From assembly GCA_012295275.1 (NCBI GenBank), contig CM022676.1, positions 15,190,001 through 15,254,000 of the forward strand: a DNA stretch of 64,000 nucleotides, written 5' to 3'. This DNA comes from Chrysomallon squamiferum (lineage: Eukaryota > Animalia > Mollusca). The position numbers and the translations under genes were made by a program. Within the stretch, counting starts at the first letter, position 1. The number at the start of each line of letters is the position of its first letter. The notes beneath the pieces were generated by a model. It did no database searches. It was not told where the DNA came from and saw only the letters and a program-made list of their open reading frames with translations. Positions 59,212-64,000 of this stretch are shown piece after piece.

Positions 59212-61596
59212 GAATTTTTGTTTTTGTTTGTTTTATTTTCCCTATAATGAATCATTCGTGTTAAACAGAGTCCCACCAGACAATGGTCTGAATATCAGAA
59301 TGCTACATGTCACAGTGCAGTCAAGAGTGAGAAAACGAGCAGTTCACAGAGTCATCAAGCAGATGAACCATGATTCTGTCGCATATAGATTGGAACAAAT
59401 TAGACAAAACTAATGTTCACATTTTTGCTAAACATACAAAAATGTGAGTTCCAAAGGATGAACATTTCTGACCTACACTGACATGACTCACTGCTCTGTA
59501 TCATCTTGATTATATTTCCTCATTTGTACAAAAATTCGAACATGACACTAAACAGCTAGCCTGCATTATGAAACCTATTCCATATCCTGATTTCCTCATG
59601 ATCCTATACAGCTACTAACCTTAATTTAGTTTAGAATATTAGGCTACTGGTCCAATTTCGACAATTATTAGGGTGTATTCAAACTTAGCCAAAAAGCTAA
59701 TTGATGTTAATATATGATCCTTTAAATTCACATTATTAGAACACTTTCAATAAATTAGACACGATAATGTATCTGTGAAGTCATTTATGGAAACTGACCA
59801 CAGATGATAATGTGTGTTCACATATCATCCTTTGAACTCTTGTCATTAGAAGAAAAATATCAGACATCATGTGCTACTTCTTCAAGAGCTATTTCTTCTA
59901 CAGCTATTTCCACGATCCTTTCCAAGGCTATGTTTCAAATTTTACAAAAGCTACCACGATGTAGTCTAACGCAGTCACATGTTGTCACGTATCCAAATTA
60001 GAACCTGCTCAACGGGCGTAACAGTCTTCCTTCAAAACAGTAGTAACTATACATGGATATCTCACTGTATTGGCTTGGCTCCAAGGGTATTCAGGAAACA
60101 AGACTATATAAGTATTTATATTCAGCCAACCTTCAATCACTAGAAACACAACAAAATGGTTATGGCACAAAATTACTCTCACCACATAAGTGAACATATC
60201 AGACACATTAAATATGTTAAACTCCCAAGCTAAAATGGCACACATCAGCAAGTATTTGAATATACAAGTATTTAAAAATGACGTACTGCTTGCCAGTTAA
60301 CAATAACACTATCGTGGTATCAAATTACAATTACTGTTTGTCACTGCTGACATCAGATTCCAAATATTCTTCACATACTGTTGTTCTTTGAACAATATGA
60401 TCTCAGATTACAAGCTATTCTCCAAAATAATGGCTATACTACTTCAATTCATATATATATAGTTAAATTGAAATGTGTTAGAAAGCCGCATCAAACTGCC
60501 TTTCAGTTACTTAAACAGAACCGATTGTGTATTAAACAGGAAACCACTCTTTCCGTCACACATAACTTATATAATTCTTAAGCCTTAGATAAGAAAAAGG
60601 AGAATGACGTCTCCGTCACAATAAGTTTTAATCGTTTCTTATTATTGTCTTATCATGATATGAACCATGATGTTGTCACAAATGGAAAATACATCAATTA
60701 AAAGAACAGACACGATAACCTGATTAAAATAAGTCTTCAGATTTGTTTTGTTACATCTCCTAGATTGCCCACATTTCGTCTGTTCAGTAAATATTTTGTT
60801 GTCATTAATTTTACTAATTCTAAATATCACTACTTGCACTGATTCAAACAGCTTATTCCAACCACTTGATTATGAGTACAGTTGTTTTCACCCCAAGCAG
60901 AGAATGAACAAAAGTCTGCCCTTTCTTCATCTCCCTTACAATCGAGTCCATCAAGCCAAATAGGTCCGCTGCCTTGTCCAAACTGAAATGATCTGTACGA
61001 TTTTGCTTCAAAACTGAAATTAATGTTAATAATTAGATTACAGAACATAATAATAATACTTAGTCGCGATGTCACTAACAGACTTATAATTTATCAATAA
61101 ATAAATAAATAAATAATAATAATTATAATAATAATAATAAAAGATTAAGTAAAATATTTATTTACCGACTAAAGCCCATCGTGTTACAGATTACAACAGC
61201 ATCTCTGTAGTCAAATTCATTATCACAGACAGTTCCCCATGTCCCGTTGTTTTCTATTTCAAGTCGGCCTCGTGTTGCAATTCCTCCTCCATTGGCCAAT
61301 CGAACAGAAACTGAAGTCAGTTGAAGAAACGGTCAAATACAAACTATTTTGAAAATTTCATTTGTTTTCTTTAACGGTCCGGCTCCAAATTAATTTAAGT
61401 TTTATAAATCTACGTAAATAATATTACCAAACGATATGACTTCAACATCGAGTTGTATAATTAGGAACCCATTTTTACAAAGTCAACCTTTACTTGTAAT
61501 ATCCAGAAGCCAAATATTTTGTCTAGTAATTAGGTCCAAACAAATAAAAGAAAGATAAATAATAATAATAATAACATTAACAATTCAATGGAGAGC

Positions 61597-61684
<88 letters not shown>

Positions 61685-61769
61685 AATGTCGTTTAGCGTT
61701 ATTTTATAAATCAAACAATCAGAGAGAGAGAGAGAATAATGTCATTTAGCGTTATTTTATAAATCAAAC

Positions 61770-61850
<81 letters not shown>

Positions 61851-61931
61851 AATGTCGTTTAGCGTTATTTTATAAATCAAACAATCAGAGAGAGAGAATA
61901 ATGTCATTTAGCGTTATTTTATAAATCAAAC

Positions 61932-62026
<95 letters not shown>

Positions 62027-62902
62027 ACAATGTCATTTGGCGTTATTTTATAAATCAAAGAATGTTAAAGGTACAGCAGATACATTTTACACTAAGTGGT
62101 TCTTGCATTTCACATTTAAAATAGTACAAAAAGCAACAAACAACATACTCTGAGGGTAGCAGCTTATTCCCAAATCAGATGTATGAGTACACTGTTTTTT
62201 ACCCCAGTCATAGAAAGAACAGTGATTCACTCCATTTTCATCTTCAACACAGTTAGCATCATCAACCCACACTGGTCCTGTTCCTTCTCCAAAGTGAGCA
62301 TTCTTATACGTCTTTGCGTTGAATCTAGGATTTAGAAAATACAAACTGAGCTGTCTGATCTTGATTAGTAGAAATATTGATCAACCTGTACTACGCGATT
62401 TTTCAGATTTAATCTTATATTATATGGCGCAAATGGAGACATACTCATATTTTACAACGGTTTATCATTGTTTATAAATGAATCAGTTTAATTCAAGGTA
62501 AAACATTCTTACGGACTGAATCCTAAAAGTTTACAGATAAAGCCTGCGTCTTTGTCGTCAAACTTGTCACCACAGACAGTTCCCCATGTATCGTTAAGTT
62601 TGATCTCAACTCGACCCTGTGTTGAAATACCTCCACCATTGACTAGCCTGATAGAAGCTAAACAAAATAAATATTTATTATATAATTTTGATATTTCATT
62701 CTAATTTCTATATGCTCTATTTAGGATACGATAAAGATATTGGATTTCTTGAAATCTCATTACAGGCAAACATGCAGTGGTGGTCATCTGTTGGTTGACA
62801 TTATCTTCTGAAGGAAGGCTGGTGTTTAAAATTATTTAACATTACTATTATTATTATGTTTATGATAATAATAATAATAACAATAATAATAATAATAATA
62901 AT

Positions 62903-62986
<84 letters not shown>

Positions 62987-63788
62987 GGTCTTTCTGATGT
63001 TTATTTTGAGTAACTCTGCATGTTTACTTCTACTTGAGAAAATCGATTTAGTAATATCATTTAATACTCTTGTAACTATATTTCTTCTGAAGACTTCGTA
63101 CAAGCTGCTTGATTCCCCTCCGATTTTATTTTCCTATTTGTATGCAAGTCAACAAAAAGAATCTGAACAGTTTCACTAATGAGTTTCCTCTCTCATAACC
63201 ATCGTAATGGTATATGTTTAACTCTGAAAGCCTATAATAATAAGACTTACATGAATTACAAATAATCAAACAGTCAAACAAGGAATCCAATAAACAAAGA
63301 ACCAATAAGCAAACAAACAAACAAGTAAAGTAACAAATAAATACGAAAACAGTGCACCATCAATGTACCTGATTTGAATTTAGATTATTTTAAACCTATC
63401 TTTGTAGTGACTACTTTTCTCAAATCTGATAACATTTTCTTAGTTTTATTTATTACTAAAGGCAAATAAGCATAGATACACACTTCAGTAGAACACCATT
63501 AAACACACGAATTATATTCTTGAAGCCAACAAGTTAAAACATTTTGTTACTGATACACAAATAAACAAAATAATAAAAAATAATAATAATAAAATAAAAT
63601 AAAAAAATGTAAACTGACATTGACAGCTGATTCCAGCATCCTCTGAGTGACTGCAGTCTTGTTTACCCCAGCCGGGAAATGAACACTTTTCAACACTTTC
63701 TTCATCTCCATCACATCTCAGATCATCAAGCCATATTTGTCCAGTTCCTGTTCCAAAGTGAGCACTTTGATATGATGTTGCATTAAAG
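49928..63788 (-). CDS. Multi-exon type I membrane receptor (>=4 SRCR - 2 Ig - FN3 - TM - Tyr-motif tail); 5' end outside window
   Basis: Phase-consistent exons: SRCR halves 63788-63619, 62657-62513, 62324-62149, 61310-61166, 61013-60838, 58728-58584, 58041-57872; Ig 57037-56783 and 55250-54972; FN3 54781-54482; TM 53564-53451; cytoplasmic 53091-53058, 50654-50602, 50010-49928. No in-frame stops. Confidence 0.85.
50958..52340 (+). mobile_element. Decayed Tc1/mariner DNA transposon in receptor intron
   Basis: Left end ta-ctctccgaaaaaagaaacgca. Transposase remnants [15 protein letters not shown] (from 51277), [40 protein letters not shown]; multiple frameshifts and stops. Right TIR not seen (ends in a TA run). 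Confidence 0.9.
53451..53564 (-). CDS. Transmembrane exon
   Basis: [26 protein letters not shown] followed by RRLKK stop-transfer; phase 1-1. Confidence 0.85.
54482..54781 (-). CDS. Fibronectin type III exon
   Basis: PPRIPSNL...[21 protein letters not shown]...[18 protein letters not shown]; phase 1-1. Confidence 0.9.
54972..55250 (-). CDS. Ig-like domain exon 2
   Basis: [13 protein letters not shown]...[13 protein letters not shown]...VQLIVK; phase 1-1. Confidence 0.88.
55569..56046. mobile_element. pogo/Tigger-like MITE
   Basis: Imperfect TIRs agtggaaactcgggttacgaac ... gttcgtaacccgatgttccactg followed by TA; non-coding interior. Confidence 0.75.
56783..57037 (-). CDS. Ig-like domain exon 1
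   Basis: [22 protein letters not shown]...[22 protein letters not shown]; phase 1-1 splice sites. Confidence 0.85.
57872..58728 (-). CDS. SRCR domain (exons 58728-58584 and 58041-57872)
   Basis: [45 protein letters not shown] + [19 protein letters not shown]...[11 protein letters not shown]. Confidence 0.92.
59240..60630 (-). mobile_element. Possible highly decayed LINE/RT fragment in receptor intron
   Basis: Higher-complexity block with weak minus-strand RT-like remnants ([13 protein letters not shown] near 60450-60490, QILADV near 60245-60262); many stops. Confidence 0.25.
60838..61310 (-). CDS. SRCR domain (exons 61310-61166 and 61013-60838)
   Basis: [45 protein letters not shown] + [19 protein letters not shown]...[11 protein letters not shown]; GC donor. 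Confidence 0.9.
61590..62062. repeat. Compound minisatellite: (GA)n alternating with ~38-bp unit taa(c/t)aatgtc(g/a)tttagcgttattttataaatcaaacaat
   Basis: Five copies of the unit separated by variable (GA)n tracts. Confidence 0.92.
62149..62657 (-). CDS. SRCR domain (exons 62657-62513 and 62324-62149)
   Basis: [45 protein letters not shown] + [15 protein letters not shown]...[11 protein letters not shown]. Confidence 0.92.
63619..63788 (-). CDS. SRCR domain, second-half exon
   Basis: [56 protein letters not shown]; ag/gt flanks. Confidence 0.92.
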
Positions 63789-64000
63789 CTTCAAAAGAAA
63801 TTAATATTATTTACTGTGAAATGAATACTATTGAACAAGGTTTACTAAACATCTTCAACACATCTCATTTTAATCTCAAAGATTTGAGAAGAAAGTTATT
63901 GCTATCTAAGTGATTCCAACAATGTTTAATACAAGAATGCGTTAATACTGAAAGGATAGGTTAAATACACTCAGTGAAATTCGATTTTTCATCATCATTA

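Overview
AT-rich, microsatellite-laden animal DNA. The spliceosomal introns, SRCR/Ig receptor and repeat types point to an invertebrate, possibly a mollusc (inference). The window reads like an innate-immunity neighbourhood. (1) 1-145: decayed parvovirus-type NS1/Rep SF3 helicase fragment. (2) 345-4205: two head-to-head tRNA-like (A/B box) repeats with long purine-rich satellite tails. (3) Minus-strand two-exon gene (10751-10538 + 8265-8051) that the ORF track misses. It encodes a 142-aa secreted prepropeptide whose cationic mature domain resembles bacterial polymorphic-toxin (CdiA/Rhs/MafB) C-terminal RNase domains; this is the most novel item. (4) Two ~14-16 kb tandem copies, meeting at a 200-N gap, of a ZNFX1-like helicase gene. 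Each copy has different disabling lesions, a degenerate RZ finger and a long RRxS-repeat tail. Copy A has a ~750-bp-arm palindrome upstream, and both copies carry a 40-bp satellite. (5) 49928-63788 minus: 3' part of an intact multi-exon receptor (>=4 SRCR, 2 Ig, FN3, TM, Tyr-motif tail), with a decayed Tc1 element and a pogo/Tigger-like MITE in its introns. Most short ORFs in the supplied track are microsatellite artefacts. All family assignments come from manual translation and motif recall; no searches were run.
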